A stretch of DNA of 64,000 nucleotides from positions 672,001-736,000 of the forward strand of contig CBDIIB010000005.1 in NCBI GenBank assembly GCA_965279525.1. The letters are read 5' to 3'. Shown piece after piece: positions 19,396-29,793 of the stretch (positions are counted from its first letter, which is position 1; each line of letters begins with the position of its first letter). A model generated the notes under the pieces. It ran no database searches. It worked only from the letters and a program-made list of their open reading frames with translations, and had not been told where the DNA came from. The DNA is from Tagaea sp. (lineage in GTDB: Bacteria > Pseudomonadota > Alphaproteobacteria > CACIAM-22H2). The position numbers and the translations under genes were made by a program.

Positions 19396-20175
19396 TCACT
19401 GTTCGGTCACGCCCAATCCTTCGACGCGATAGCAGAACGCCAAGCCTTCAATATACGTCCGGAGTGCCTTGAGATAGGCACGCTCCTCAATCTGGCGGGC
19501 AATCTGGTCGCGGACGGTTGCGTAGGGCAAAGGTCGGCCGTCGGCGCGGCGCAGCAGGCGAACGATATGGTAGCCATAGCGCGTCGGCACCGGGGCAGCA
19601 CATGTCTCCCCTTCATCGAGGCTGAAAAGATAGGTCTCGAACTCCGGGACCGTCGTTCCCCGGACGATCTGACCAAGCCAGCCGCCTTGGCTTGCTGACG
19701 GGCAGGCGGAGTGCGCTTTCGCAAGGGCCTCGAACCGATCCGGCGTTCGCTCAATTTCGGCAAGCGTCGCTTGTGCTGCGGCAAGAGCAGCCGACCGTCC
19801 TTCCGGGTCATCCGGTGCTGCAGCAAACAGAATGTGCTGGGCTTCGAGCAGGTCGGGACTGCGCAAATCTCCGCCCTTTGCCTCGAACCACGCCCTGCAT
19901 GCCGCTTCGTCGGCCGGAGGGACATTTACCTCTTGTTCGAGGACGTCCTCGATCGCTTGTACGATCGCCGGCTCAGATATCGCATCGGTCGCGAGGAGGC
20001 CCAGCTCAACCGCACGACGACACAGGATTTCCCGGACGGCGACCGCACGGGCGGCCGCAAGGCGCGATTCGTCGAGCGACTTCGCCGGCCGATACTGCAT
20101 CTCGGCGGCGACGGCCGCGTCGGGCAACGCATGCCCATCGATCCGGATCGGATCGAGGCGGGGCTGGTCAGACAT
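19396..20175 (-). CDS. PpiC/parvulin-type peptidyl-prolyl isomerase (NifM-like, nar-associated)
   Basis: HILF, FEALAKAHSACPS...GG.LG, PEFE, TRYGYHIV; follows narI. Confidence 0.9.
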   Translation of the reverse strand: MSDQPRLDPIRIDGHALPDAAVAAEMQYRPAKSLDESRLAAARAVAVREILCRRAVELGLLATDAISEPAIVQAIEDVLEQEVNVPPADEAACRAWFEAKGGDLRSPDLLEAQHILFAAAPDDPEGRSAALAAAQATLAEIERTPDRFEALAKAHSACPSASQGGWLGQIVRGTTVPEFETYLFSLDEGETCAAPVPTRYGYHIVRLLRRADGRPLPYATVRDQIARQIEERAYLKALRTYIEGLAFCYRVEGLGVTEQ

Positions 20176-20863
20176 GGCGGGCACCTCCACGACGGCGGAC
20201 GACCTGATAGCTGCGGAACACGTAGCCGACCGGCGCGCTCCAGATATGGACCAGACGCGAGAACGGAAACACGAGGAAGAGCGTCATCCCGAGGACGAGA
20301 TGCAGCCGGTAGGGCCACGCCACGCCGGCCAGGAGCTCCGCATCGCCGCCGCGGAACGTGACGACATGCTGCACCCATTCTGAGAGAACCAGCATGACGG
20401 ACCCATCAGGATGCTGCAGCGAATACGGAATCGTCACAAGTCCGAGTGTGAGCTGGATCCAGAGCAGAGCCAGAACGACGATATCCATCGTCGAGCTCGT
20501 CGCGCGGATACGGCTGTCGGTCAGGCGCCTGTGCATCAGGATCGTCAACCCGATCCAGCACACGACGCCAAAGACGCCGCCCGCGACAATCGCGATCATC
20601 TGTTTGAGCTCCACGCCGAGTCCGAGCGACGTGTAGAACTCATGCGGTGTGAGCAAACCCACAAGATGACCCGCGAAGATCGCGAGGATCCCGATATGGA
20701 AGAGATTGGAGCCCCATCGCAGGCTTCGGCCGCGCAGCATCTGGCTGGAACCGGAGCGCCACGAATACTGTTCACGGTCAAATCGTATAAGGCTGCCAAC
20801 GAGGAAGACCGTAAAGCAGACATACGGATAGATCTCGAACAGGAATTTCTCGATCGCATGCAT
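20168..20863 (-). CDS. narI: Respiratory nitrate reductase gamma subunit
   Basis: YPY, QYSWRSGSSQML, SNLFHIGI..GH, FPFSRLVH. Confidence 0.97.
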   Translation of the reverse strand: MHAIEKFLFEIYPYVCFTVFLVGSLIRFDREQYSWRSGSSQMLRGRSLRWGSNLFHIGILAIFAGHLVGLLTPHEFYTSLGLGVELKQMIAIVAGGVFGVVCWIGLTILMHRRLTDSRIRATSSTMDIVVLALLWIQLTLGLVTIPYSLQHPDGSVMLVLSEWVQHVVTFRGGDAELLAGVAWPYRLHLVLGMTLFLVFPFSRLVHIWSAPVGYVFRSYQVVRRRGGARHV

Positions 20864-20878
20864 GGCGATTCCTCCCCT

Positions 20879-21556
20879 TCAACCGGCATTCATTCGGGCG
20901 ACCCAGTCGGCAGCCTTGCCGCACCCGGCACCGGCTGTACCACCAGGCCCGGCATCACCCGGCCCAAAGCGGACTTCGGATTCGGCCCAATCCCGGTCGA
21001 TCTCTTCCAGCGTGGGATCCCGTTCGGGAAGGCCGTCATCGGCAGGTACCGAATTCTCACCCGCCAGCTCGCGCACTGCCGAAAGCACCCCCGCATAGGG
21101 GCTGCCGCGCTTGGCAAGGCGCAACTGGATGGGGGCCAGCAACGGAGCGACTTCACGCAACATCGCGCGCGCGTCGACGACCGGTATCTGCGCAAGGAAT
21201 TCGAGGATTACCGGTAGATAATCCGGCAACTGCGATGCGGTGACCTCGAAGCCACTTTTGCGGTAGTGGGCGAGCAGGTCGACCATCGCGGGACCGCGTT
21301 CGCGCGAATCGCCATGGACGTGCTCAAACAGGTGAAGGGAAAGTGAGCGAACGCGATCGAACAACTCGACCCAGCGTTCCTGGATCGTCAGCAGATCATG
21401 CGCACCCAGCATCTCTGCTGCCGCTTCGACCCGGGCTAACGCCAGTGGCCCGAGCAGCCCCTCCGCACGGATAGCTTGCCGGATGTCCGGCAAGGCAGCC
21501 TGCATGTCTGCGCTTGGGTAGTCGAGCATCGCGCTCAGCGCCTTGAAGGTCTTCAT
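20879..21556 (-). CDS. narJ: Nitrate reductase molybdenum cofactor assembly chaperone
   Basis: LDYP, LFDR..SLSLHLFEHVHGDSRERGPAMVDL, LPDYLP. Confidence 0.96.
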   Translation of the reverse strand: MKTFKALSAMLDYPSADMQAALPDIRQAIRAEGLLGPLALARVEAAAEMLGAHDLLTIQERWVELFDRVRSLSLHLFEHVHGDSRERGPAMVDLLAHYRKSGFEVTASQLPDYLPVILEFLAQIPVVDARAMLREVAPLLAPIQLRLAKRGSPYAGVLSAVRELAGENSVPADDGLPERDPTLEEIDRDWAESEVRFGPGDAGPGGTAGAGCGKAADWVARMNAG

Positions 21557-21558
21557 CG

Positions 21559-23082
21559 TCAGACCTCCACCTTGCCGGGTGCGCCGACCCGCTTTCGCGG
21601 GCCGAAAAGGGAAGCTTCATTGGGTCCATCCGAGCAGCCGTTTCCGAACGTGAAACCACACGAGTTCTTGAGGTCGTAGGCATTCTCGGCGTATTCGCGA
21701 TGCGTCGTCGGAATGACGAAGCGGTCCTCGTAGTTGGCGATCGCCAGCGTGCTGTACATGTCCTCGACCTTTGCCTTGTCGAGGCCGACCCGCGCGAGTA
21801 CTTCGAGATCTTCACGCGATTCGACATGACGCGCACGCATGAAGGCGCGCATGGCAAGCATCCGCTCCAGTGCAAGCGCGACGGGCGCTTCGTCGCCGGC
21901 GGTCAGGAGATTGGCGAGGTAGCGGAGCGGGATGCGCAGCGAGCGCACGTCCGGGATGCCGCCATCCTGTTCGATCTTGCCAGCGTCCGCGGCAGCCTGG
22001 ATCGGCGACAGCGGCGGCACGTACCAGACCATCGGCAACGTGCGGTATTCCGGATGCAGCGGAAAGGCGATCTTCCAGTCGATGGCCATCCGGTAGACGG
22101 GGGATTTCCGGGCGGACTCCATCCATGCCTCCGGGATCCCCTCCGTCCGCGCCGCCGCAATCACCTCCGGATCGTTCGGGTCGAGAAAGACCGAGAGCTG
22201 GGCGGGATAGAGACCCTTCTCGTCTTCCACGCTCGCGGCAGCCTCGATCCTGTCGGCATCGTAAAGCATTACGCCGAGATACCGGATGCGTCCGACGCAG
22301 GTCTCCGAACAGACGGTCGGCTCTCCGACCTCAAGGCGTGGATAGCAGAGGATGCACTTCTCCGCCTTCCCGCTCTGCCAATTGTAATAGATCTTCTTGT
22401 AGGGGCACGCGGACACGCACATGCGCCAGCCGCGGCATTTGTCCTGGTCGACGAGGACGATGCCGTCCTCCTCGCGCTTGTAGATCGAACCCGAAGGACA
22501 GGCCGCCACGCAGGCAGGATTCAGGCAGTGCTCGCACAGGCGCGGCAGGTAGAACATGAACGTGTTCTCGAACTGACCGTGGATCTCCTTCTGGATGCCT
22601 TCGAAGTTGCGGTCCTTCGAGCGCTTGGCGAATTCGGTACCGAGGATTTCCTCCCAGTTCGGCCCCCACTCGATCTTCTCCATCCGCCGGCCGTCGAGCA
22701 GCGAGCGCGGACGGGCAGTCGGGAAGTTCTCCATCTGAGGCGCGCTCTGGAGATGTTCGTAGTCAAACGTGAAGGGCTCGTAATAGTCGTCGATTTCCGG
22801 AAGGTGCGGATTGGCGAAAAGCTGGGCGAGAATCCGCCATTTGCCGCCGAGCTTCGGCCGGATTCGGCCATTCGCTTGCCGGACCCACCCCCCCTTCCAC
22901 TTGTCCTGGTTTTCCCAGTCCTTCGGATAACCGATACCCGGCTTCGTCTCGACATTGTTGAACCAGGCGTATTCGACGCCCTCGCGCGACGTCCAGACGT
23001 TCTTGCAGGTGACCGAGCACGTGTGGCACCCGATGCACTTGTCGAGGTTCAGGACCATCGCGATCTGCGCGCGGACTTTCAT
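21559..23082 (-). CDS. narH: Respiratory nitrate reductase beta subunit
   Basis: MKVRAQIAMVLNLDKCIGCHTCSVTCK, CEHCLNPAC, CRGWRMC, CILCYPR. Confidence 0.98.
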   Translation of the reverse strand: MKVRAQIAMVLNLDKCIGCHTCSVTCKNVWTSREGVEYAWFNNVETKPGIGYPKDWENQDKWKGGWVRQANGRIRPKLGGKWRILAQLFANPHLPEIDDYYEPFTFDYEHLQSAPQMENFPTARPRSLLDGRRMEKIEWGPNWEEILGTEFAKRSKDRNFEGIQKEIHGQFENTFMFYLPRLCEHCLNPACVAACPSGSIYKREEDGIVLVDQDKCRGWRMCVSACPYKKIYYNWQSGKAEKCILCYPRLEVGEPTVCSETCVGRIRYLGVMLYDADRIEAAASVEDEKGLYPAQLSVFLDPNDPEVIAAARTEGIPEAWMESARKSPVYRMAIDWKIAFPLHPEYRTLPMVWYVPPLSPIQAAADAGKIEQDGGIPDVRSLRIPLRYLANLLTAGDEAPVALALERMLAMRAFMRARHVESREDLEVLARVGLDKAKVEDMYSTLAIANYEDRFVIPTTHREYAENAYDLKNSCGFTFGNGCSDGPNEASLFGPRKRVGAPGKVEV

Positions 23083-23110
23083 GTTCGTGTCCTCTTCGTT
23101 CGGGGGGTGA

Positions 23111-26100
23111 TCACTCTGCTGCCGCCGGCTTGTCCAGCCAGTCGACGGTCGCCATCTTCCGCACGACGACGAATTCGTCGCGGTTGGTGCCGATCGTGCC
23201 GTGATAGTTGAAGCCGTAGGCCTGTTGGGCGTAGCCGCCGATCATGTGCGTTGGCTTGATGCAGGTGCGCGTCACCGAGTTGTGGATGCCGCCGCGCGCG
23301 TGCGTCAGCTCCGAGCCCGGCACATTCACGATCTTCTCCTGCGCGTGATACATCATCACCATTCCCGCCGCGACGCGCTGGGAGACAACGGCGCGCGCGA
23401 CAAGCGCGCCATTGGTGTTGAAAACCTCGATCCAGTCGTTGTCCTCCACGCCGATCGACTTGGCGTCGATTTCCGAGAGCCATACGCACGGACCGCCACG
23501 CGACAACGTCAGCATCAGCAAGTTGTCGGTATAGGTCGAGTGGATGCCCCACTTTTGGTGCGGCGTTATGAAGTTGAGGGCGATTTCGCGGTTGCCGTTC
23601 GGCCGCTTGGCGAGAAGCGGCTCGATCGTCTTGGTATCGATCGGCGGCTTGTAGACGCACAGCGCCTCGCCGAATGCCCGCATCCAGGGATGATCCTGAT
23701 AGAGCTGCTGGCGTCCGGTCAGCGTACGCCACGGGATCAGTTCATGGACGTTCGTCCAGCCCGCGTTGTAGGTAATGTGTTCGCTCTCAATGCCCGACCA
23801 GATCGGCGACGAGATGATCTTGCGCGGCTGGGCCTGGACATCCCGGAAGCGGATCTTTTCATCCTCGCGCGCCTTGGCAAGGTGCGTGTGGTCGCGACCG
23901 GTGAATGTCCCGAGCGACTCCCAGGCCTTGACGGCGACGTGTCCATTGGTCTCCGGGGCGAGTGACAGCAGCATCTCCGCCGCATCGATATCGGTCTCGA
24001 TCCGCGCGAGCCCCTTCGACACGCCCTCTTCGGCGACCGTCCCATTGAGGGACTTCAAAAACTCGATCTCGGTTCCGGTCTTCCATGCCATGCCCTTGCC
24101 GCCGTTGCCGAGCTTGTCCATCAGCGGGCCGATCGAGGTGAATTTCTTGTAGGTGTTCGGATAGTCGCGCTCGACGACGATTACGGCGGGCATGGTCTTG
24201 CCGGGGATCGGCTCGACCTCGCCCTTCTTCCATTCCTTCGGCTCGAAGGCCTGGCCGAGCTCGGCCGGGGCATCGTGCAGCAGCGGCAAAAGCACGACGT
24301 CCTTCTCGACGCCGAGATGGCCGACGGCGAGTTCCGAAAACCGCTTTGCGAACCCCTTGAAGATGTCCCAGTCGCTTCGCGACTCCCACGCGGGGTCGAC
24401 CGCAGCGGACAGCGGGTGGATGAAGGGATGCATGTCGGATGTGTTGAGATCGTGCTTTTCGTACCAGGTAGCGGTCGGCAGCACGATGTCGGAGTACATG
24501 CAGGTCGTCGACATGCGGAAGTCGAGCGTGACGAGTAGGTCGAGTTTCCCCTCCGGCGCCTTGTCGTGCCAGGCGACGTCCTGCGGCTTGGTTTCGCCTT
24601 CCTCGCCGAGATCCTTGCCGAGCACGCCATGCTGCGTTCCCAGCAGGTGCTTGAGGAAGTATTCGTGTCCCTTGCCGCTGGAGCCGAGAATGTTCGATCG
24701 CCACACGAACATGTTTCGCGGCCAGTTCGCCGGATCGTCCGGATCCTCGCACGACATCACAAGGCTGCCCTTCTTGAGGCCACCCGCAACGTGTGCCGGG
24801 ACTTCCGATCCGGCTGCCGCCGCATCCTTGGCGACATCGAGCGGATTGCGCTTGAGCTGGGGAGCAGACGGCAACCAGCCCATGCGTTCGGCGCGCACGT
24901 TGAAGTCAATCAGCGAGCCTTCGTAGCCTTTGGGTGCCAGCGGCGAGAGGATCTCGTCCAGCCGGAGCTTCTCGTAGCGCCACTGGTCGGTGTGCGCGTA
25001 GAAGAACGACGTCGAGTTCATGTGGCGCGGTGGTCGATGCCAATCCAGCGCGAACGCCAGCGGCGTCCAACCCGATTGCGGGCGCAGCTTCTCCTGCCCG
25101 ACATAGTGCGACCAGCCGCCGCCCGGCTGTCCGACGCATCCGCACATCACGAGCATGTTTATCAGCGCGCGATAGTTCATGTCGGCGTGATACCAGTGGT
25201 TCATCGCCGCACCGACGATGACCATCGATCTGCCCTTCGTCTTTTCGGCATTGTCGGCAAAGCCGCGCGCGACCGCGATGATCCGGTCGCGCGGCACGCC
25301 GCAAATTTTCTCAGCCCAGGCCGGCGTATAGGGATGATCGTCGTCGTAGCTCTTCGCCGCATCGCCGCCAAGACCGCGATCGATGCCATAGTTCGCCATG
25401 AATAGGTCGTAGACGGTCGCGACCAGTGCTTCGCCGTCCTTCAGGTGCAGCTTGCGCGCCGGCACGTTACGCACGATCGTGCGCGCGTGGGCCGAGCCCT
25501 TGAAATGCGCCGAGCGGGGCGCGTCTTCGGCAGCGAAAAACGGGAACGAAACGCCTGCGACTGAATCGCGCGAGTCGATCAGACTGAGTGCAGGTGACGT
25601 CTCCGCGCCGGTCGCGGCGTTGCGGCCTTCGAGGTTCCATTTTCCCTTCTCGCCCCAGCGGAAACCTATCGTTCCGGTCGGCGCATAGGGCGTGCCCGTC
25701 GCCTCATCGATGGCCACCGGCTTCCAGTCCGGATTGTTGGTCTCGCCAAGACCGTCGGCAAAATCGGACGAGCGAACGAATCTGTCGGCAACCAGTTTCC
25801 CGTCCTGCTCGACCAGCCGGACAAGCATCGGCATGTCGGAGTAACGGCGGACGTAGTCCTCGAAGTACGGAACCTTCCGATCAAGGTGGAACTCCTTCAG
25901 GATTACGTGGCCGAAAGCCATGCCAAGTGCCGCGTCGGTGCCCTGCTTGGGATGAAGCCAGATGTCGGCGAATTTCGATGCTTCGCTGTAGTCCGGCGTG
26001 ATGACGACGGCCTTGGCACCCTTGTAGCGGGCCTCGGTGAAGAAGTGCGCGTCCGGCGTCCGCGTCTGGGGTACGTTCGAACCCCACAGGATGAGATAGC

Positions 26101-26842
26101 CGGAATTGTACCAGTCGGCGCTTTCCGGCACGTCGGTCTGCTCGCCCCATGTCTGCGGCGAGGCGGGCGGCAGGTCGCAGTACCAGTCGTAGAAGCTCAT
26201 GCACACGCCGCCGAGCAGCGACAGATAGCGCGAGCCAGCCGCGTACGAGACCATCGACATCGCCGGAATGGGCGAAAAGCCGATGATGCGGTCGGGTCCG
26301 TGCTGCTTGATCGTATGGACGTTTGCCGCCGCGACGATCTCGTTCGCTTCAGCCCAGCTCGCGCGGACAAATCCGCCCTTGCCACGGCTCTTGTGGATCG
26401 CGGAGCGCTTGGCCGGATCGTCAACGATCGACTTCCAGGCGACGACCGGATCCTTGTGCAGGGCCTTGGCCTCGCGCCACATGCGGATCAGTCGGCCGCG
26501 GATCAGCGGATACTTCACGCGGTTCGCGCTGTAGAGATACCAAGAGTACGAAGCGCCGCGCGCGCAACCGCGCGGCTCGTGGTTCGGCATATCGGGGCGC
26601 GTGCGCGGATAGTCGGTCTGCTGCGTCTCCCACGTCACGATCCCGCCCTTGACGTAGATCTTCCACGAGCACGAGCCCGTACAGTTCACGCCATGGGTAG
26701 AGCGGACGATCTTGTCGTGCGCCCATCGGCTGCGATAGCCCTCCTCCCAGTCGCGCTTCTCGTTGGTGACGGTGCCATGGCCGTCGGAGAAGCTTTCGAC
26801 ATTGCGGGCAAGAAAATTAAGACGGTCAAGGAACTGGCTCAT
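23111..26842 (-). CDS. narG: Respiratory nitrate reductase alpha subunit
   Basis: RSTHGVNCTGSCSW, PRGCARG, SFYDWYCDLPP, TPHQKWGIHS; 1243 aa. Confidence 0.98.
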   Translation of the reverse strand: MSQFLDRLNFLARNVESFSDGHGTVTNEKRDWEEGYRSRWAHDKIVRSTHGVNCTGSCSWKIYVKGGIVTWETQQTDYPRTRPDMPNHEPRGCARGASYSWYLYSANRVKYPLIRGRLIRMWREAKALHKDPVVAWKSIVDDPAKRSAIHKSRGKGGFVRASWAEANEIVAAANVHTIKQHGPDRIIGFSPIPAMSMVSYAAGSRYLSLLGGVCMSFYDWYCDLPPASPQTWGEQTDVPESADWYNSGYLILWGSNVPQTRTPDAHFFTEARYKGAKAVVITPDYSEASKFADIWLHPKQGTDAALGMAFGHVILKEFHLDRKVPYFEDYVRRYSDMPMLVRLVEQDGKLVADRFVRSSDFADGLGETNNPDWKPVAIDEATGTPYAPTGTIGFRWGEKGKWNLEGRNAATGAETSPALSLIDSRDSVAGVSFPFFAAEDAPRSAHFKGSAHARTIVRNVPARKLHLKDGEALVATVYDLFMANYGIDRGLGGDAAKSYDDDHPYTPAWAEKICGVPRDRIIAVARGFADNAEKTKGRSMVIVGAAMNHWYHADMNYRALINMLVMCGCVGQPGGGWSHYVGQEKLRPQSGWTPLAFALDWHRPPRHMNSTSFFYAHTDQWRYEKLRLDEILSPLAPKGYEGSLIDFNVRAERMGWLPSAPQLKRNPLDVAKDAAAAGSEVPAHVAGGLKKGSLVMSCEDPDDPANWPRNMFVWRSNILGSSGKGHEYFLKHLLGTQHGVLGKDLGEEGETKPQDVAWHDKAPEGKLDLLVTLDFRMSTTCMYSDIVLPTATWYEKHDLNTSDMHPFIHPLSAAVDPAWESRSDWDIFKGFAKRFSELAVGHLGVEKDVVLLPLLHDAPAELGQAFEPKEWKKGEVEPIPGKTMPAVIVVERDYPNTYKKFTSIGPLMDKLGNGGKGMAWKTGTEIEFLKSLNGTVAEEGVSKGLARIETDIDAAEMLLSLAPETNGHVAVKAWESLGTFTGRDHTHLAKAREDEKIRFRDVQAQPRKIISSPIWSGIESEHITYNAGWTNVHELIPWRTLTGRQQLYQDHPWMRAFGEALCVYKPPIDTKTIEPLLAKRPNGNREIALNFITPHQKWGIHSTYTDNLLMLTLSRGGPCVWLSEIDAKSIGVEDNDWIEVFNTNGALVARAVVSQRVAAGMVMMYHAQEKIVNVPGSELTHARGGIHNSVTRTCIKPTHMIGGYAQQAYGFNYHGTIGTNRDEFVVVRKMATVDWLDKPAAAE

Positions 26843-26872
26843 GGTCGTGTCCTCGGGCTCGATTGACTTCGA

Positions 26873-29626
26873 TTACTGGGCAGTGCCGGCAACGGCGGCG
26901 TGCGGCGCGCGCTCGATGTCGTAAAGGAGTCCGCCGCGGCGCGTGTAAACGCCCCACGTGATCGCAATGCAGCTCAGGTAGAAGGCCAGGAACCCGACGA
27001 GGGCCAGCTCCGCCCCGCCCGTCATCGCGATCGACGTACCGAAGCTTTTGGGGATGAAGAATGCGCCGTAAGCCGCGATGGCAGACGTAAAGCCGATGAT
27101 CGCGGCCGCTTCCTTGTCGGACTGGCGGATCCTGTCTGCCGGCGACAGATGTGGCTCCAGACGCGACACCTCCCGGCGCATGATCGCCGGGATCATCTGG
27201 AATGTGGAGGCATTGCCGACACCCGATGCGGCGAACAGAAAGAGGAAGCTTCCCATGAACACCGGGAAGGCCATCGCCTCCCCCTTCATGCCGATCGCAT
27301 AGAGGACGCCAAGGACACCGAGGCTCATCGCGGCAAAGACCCATAGCGTCACGCGCCCGCCACCAAGCCGGTCGCTCGGTGTTCCGGCCGCAGCCCGCGA
27401 AAGCGCACCGACCAGTGGTCCGAGGAACGCGTACTTGAGCGTGTTGACGTCCGGGAACAGGATTTTTGACAGCAGCGGGAATGCCGCCGAAAAGCCGATG
27501 AACGACCCGAACGTTCCCGTATAGAGCCAGCACATGATCCAGTTGTGCCGGCGGCGGAAGATCACCGCCTGATCGGCGAACGACGCCTTCATCGTCGCGA
27601 TGTCGCTCATGCCGAACCATGCAGCGAAGGCGCTCGCGACGATGAACGGAACGAAGACGTAGCCGGCGTTCTGCAGCCAGAGCGGCGAAGTAATGCCGCC
27701 TTGGACCGCGTTTTGCGGATCGCCACCCAGCGTGCCAAACACACCGGCCGTGATCGCGAGCGGCACGACGAACTGAACGACGCTGACACCGAGATTTCCC
27801 AATCCGGCGTTGAGAGCAAGCGCGTTCCCCTTCTCGGCTTTCGGGAAGAAGAACGAGATGTTGGCCATCGACGAAGCGAAGTTACCGCCGCCGAATCCAC
27901 ACAGCAGCGCGAGGCCGAGGAATATCCAGTAGGGTGTCTCCGGATTCTGCACGAGCATGCCGATTCCGACGGCCGGTAGCAGCAGGGACCAGGTCGACAG
28001 CGTCGTCCACAGACGCCCGCCGAAAATCGCCGGCATAAAGCTGTAGAAGATCCGCAAGGTCGCACCCGAAAGGCCAGGCAGGGCCGCGAGCCAGAAGAGC
28101 TGTTCGTTGTCGAACTTGAAGCCGACCGTCGGCAGCTTGGCGACGACGACTGACCAGACCATCCACACCGCGAACGACAGCAGCAACGCCGGGATCGATA
28201 TCCACAGGTTCCGCCGAGCGATCGCGCGGCCTTTGTCTTGCCAGAACACGCGGTCTTCCGGACGCCAGTCAGCGATGGCGCCCGTACCGGCAAGAACGCC
28301 TTCCTGGGCCTTACCGTGAATAAGCTGCATTTCGGGCAGTTCGGGAAGTGTGCTGATGGCGACTCCACGTGCCGATGCATCGCGTTCCATCTGGCGCACG
28401 GCGATGTGCATCCAAACGAGGGATACGGAGACGATCGCGAACAGTAGCCAGAAGCAACTCTGCCAGACGCCCGTTAAATCGTTGAGCGCGCCGAACGCGA
28501 TGGGAAGGACGAAGCCGCCAAGACCACCGACAAGGCCGACAACGCCGCCCACCGCTCCCACCCGGTCCGGATAGTAGACCGGGATGTGCTTGTAGACCGC
28601 TGCCTTACCCAGGCTCATGAAGAAGCCGAGAACGAATGCGACGAGAATGAAGCCGACCAACCCCATGCGCGTCGAGAACGCGACCGGGCCGGCAATGCCT
28701 TCGATCACGTACTGGGTCGGCGGATACGACAGGACGAACGTACAGGCGATCGAGACCAGGAAGGTCCAGTACATGATGCGGCGTGCGCCGTACTTGTCGG
28801 ACAGGTGGCCGCCGTAGGCACGGAAGACTGAGGCCGGGATCGAGTAGGCAGCCCCGATCATGCCCGCTGTCGTGATATCGAGTCCGTAGACGCCGATCAG
28901 GTAGCGCGGCAGCCAAAGCGCGAGCGCAACGAAGGCGCCGAAGACGAAGAAGTAGTAGACGGCAAACCGCCAGACCTGGATGTTCATGAGCGGCTCGAGC
29001 ATCGCGGAGAGCGGCTCCGGCTTCTGGCCCGACTGGCGCCTGCGTGCGAGATCAGGGTCGTCTTTGGTCGTGAGGAAGAAGGCGACAGCGATTACGGCAA
29101 GCCCTATTGCCCAGACGATCGCAACAGTCTTCCAGCCATAGGCGACCATGATCGTTGGGGCGACGAACTTGGTGACCGCCGCCCCGACATTTCCAGCGCC
29201 GAAAATTCCCAATGCCGTGCCTTGCTGGGATTTCGGGTACCACTTCGCGACATAGGCCACGCCGACTGAGAACGAACCGCCGGCAATGCCCACGCCAAGT
29301 GCGGCGAGCAGGAACGTCGGATAGTCGTAAGCATAGGTAAGGAGTGCCGTCATGACGGCGGCACTCAACATCGTCAGCGTATAGACGACGCGGCCGCCGT
29401 ACTGGTCCGACCATATGCCGAGGATCAGGCGGATCAACGAACCGGTCAGGATCGGCGTGCCGACGAGTAGGCCGAACTGCGTGTCGGACAGGCCCAGATC
29501 CTTTTTGATCTGGATCCCGATGATCGCGAAGATGGTCCAGACCGCAAAGCACGCGGTGAAGGCGATCGTGCTCATCCACAGAGCTGTCTGTTGGCCCGCC
29601 GGCTTGATGTCGATCACGTTCGTCAC
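26873..29626 (-). CDS. narK: Fused NarK1-NarK2 nitrate/nitrite MFS transporter
   Basis: 917 aa with two MFS units; GIFGAGNVG and GFGGGNFASSM nitrate signatures; WRPED...ARRNLWIS begins the second unit. Confidence 0.95.
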   Translation of the reverse strand: MTNVIDIKPAGQQTALWMSTIAFTACFAVWTIFAIIGIQIKKDLGLSDTQFGLLVGTPILTGSLIRLILGIWSDQYGGRVVYTLTMLSAAVMTALLTYAYDYPTFLLAALGVGIAGGSFSVGVAYVAKWYPKSQQGTALGIFGAGNVGAAVTKFVAPTIMVAYGWKTVAIVWAIGLAVIAVAFFLTTKDDPDLARRRQSGQKPEPLSAMLEPLMNIQVWRFAVYYFFVFGAFVALALWLPRYLIGVYGLDITTAGMIGAAYSIPASVFRAYGGHLSDKYGARRIMYWTFLVSIACTFVLSYPPTQYVIEGIAGPVAFSTRMGLVGFILVAFVLGFFMSLGKAAVYKHIPVYYPDRVGAVGGVVGLVGGLGGFVLPIAFGALNDLTGVWQSCFWLLFAIVSVSLVWMHIAVRQMERDASARGVAISTLPELPEMQLIHGKAQEGVLAGTGAIADWRPEDRVFWQDKGRAIARRNLWISIPALLLSFAVWMVWSVVVAKLPTVGFKFDNEQLFWLAALPGLSGATLRIFYSFMPAIFGGRLWTTLSTWSLLLPAVGIGMLVQNPETPYWIFLGLALLCGFGGGNFASSMANISFFFPKAEKGNALALNAGLGNLGVSVVQFVVPLAITAGVFGTLGGDPQNAVQGGITSPLWLQNAGYVFVPFIVASAFAAWFGMSDIATMKASFADQAVIFRRRHNWIMCWLYTGTFGSFIGFSAAFPLLSKILFPDVNTLKYAFLGPLVGALSRAAAGTPSDRLGGGRVTLWVFAAMSLGVLGVLYAIGMKGEAMAFPVFMGSFLFLFAASGVGNASTFQMIPAIMRREVSRLEPHLSPADRIRQSDKEAAAIIGFTSAIAAYGAFFIPKSFGTSIAMTGGAELALVGFLAFYLSCIAITWGVYTRRGGLLYDIERAPHAAVAGTAQ

Positions 29627-29685
29627 TCCCCAAATCCGTTTCGACTGGCTGTAGGGACGATGCGCGCGATGCCGATGCCGCCATC

Positions 29686-29699
29686 TTGATTCAGGTCAA
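29686..29699. promoter_or_regulatory. FNR/Crp-family box upstream of narK
   Basis: TTGAT-TCAG-GTCAA (consensus TTGAT-N4-ATCAA), about 60 bp upstream of the narK start. Confidence 0.85.
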
Positions 29700-29779
29700 T
29701 CTGTCGGGAGTGGCCTCAAACTATTTGCGCGTTACTTGATCGTGGGACCGGGTGCGCGCCACCGAAGTCAATTGCAGGC

Positions 29780-29793
29780 TTGATGGATATCAA
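29780..29793. promoter_or_regulatory. Second FNR box upstream of narK
   Basis: Perfect TTGAT-GGAT-ATCAA; overlaps the carbonic anhydrase stop codon. Confidence 0.85.
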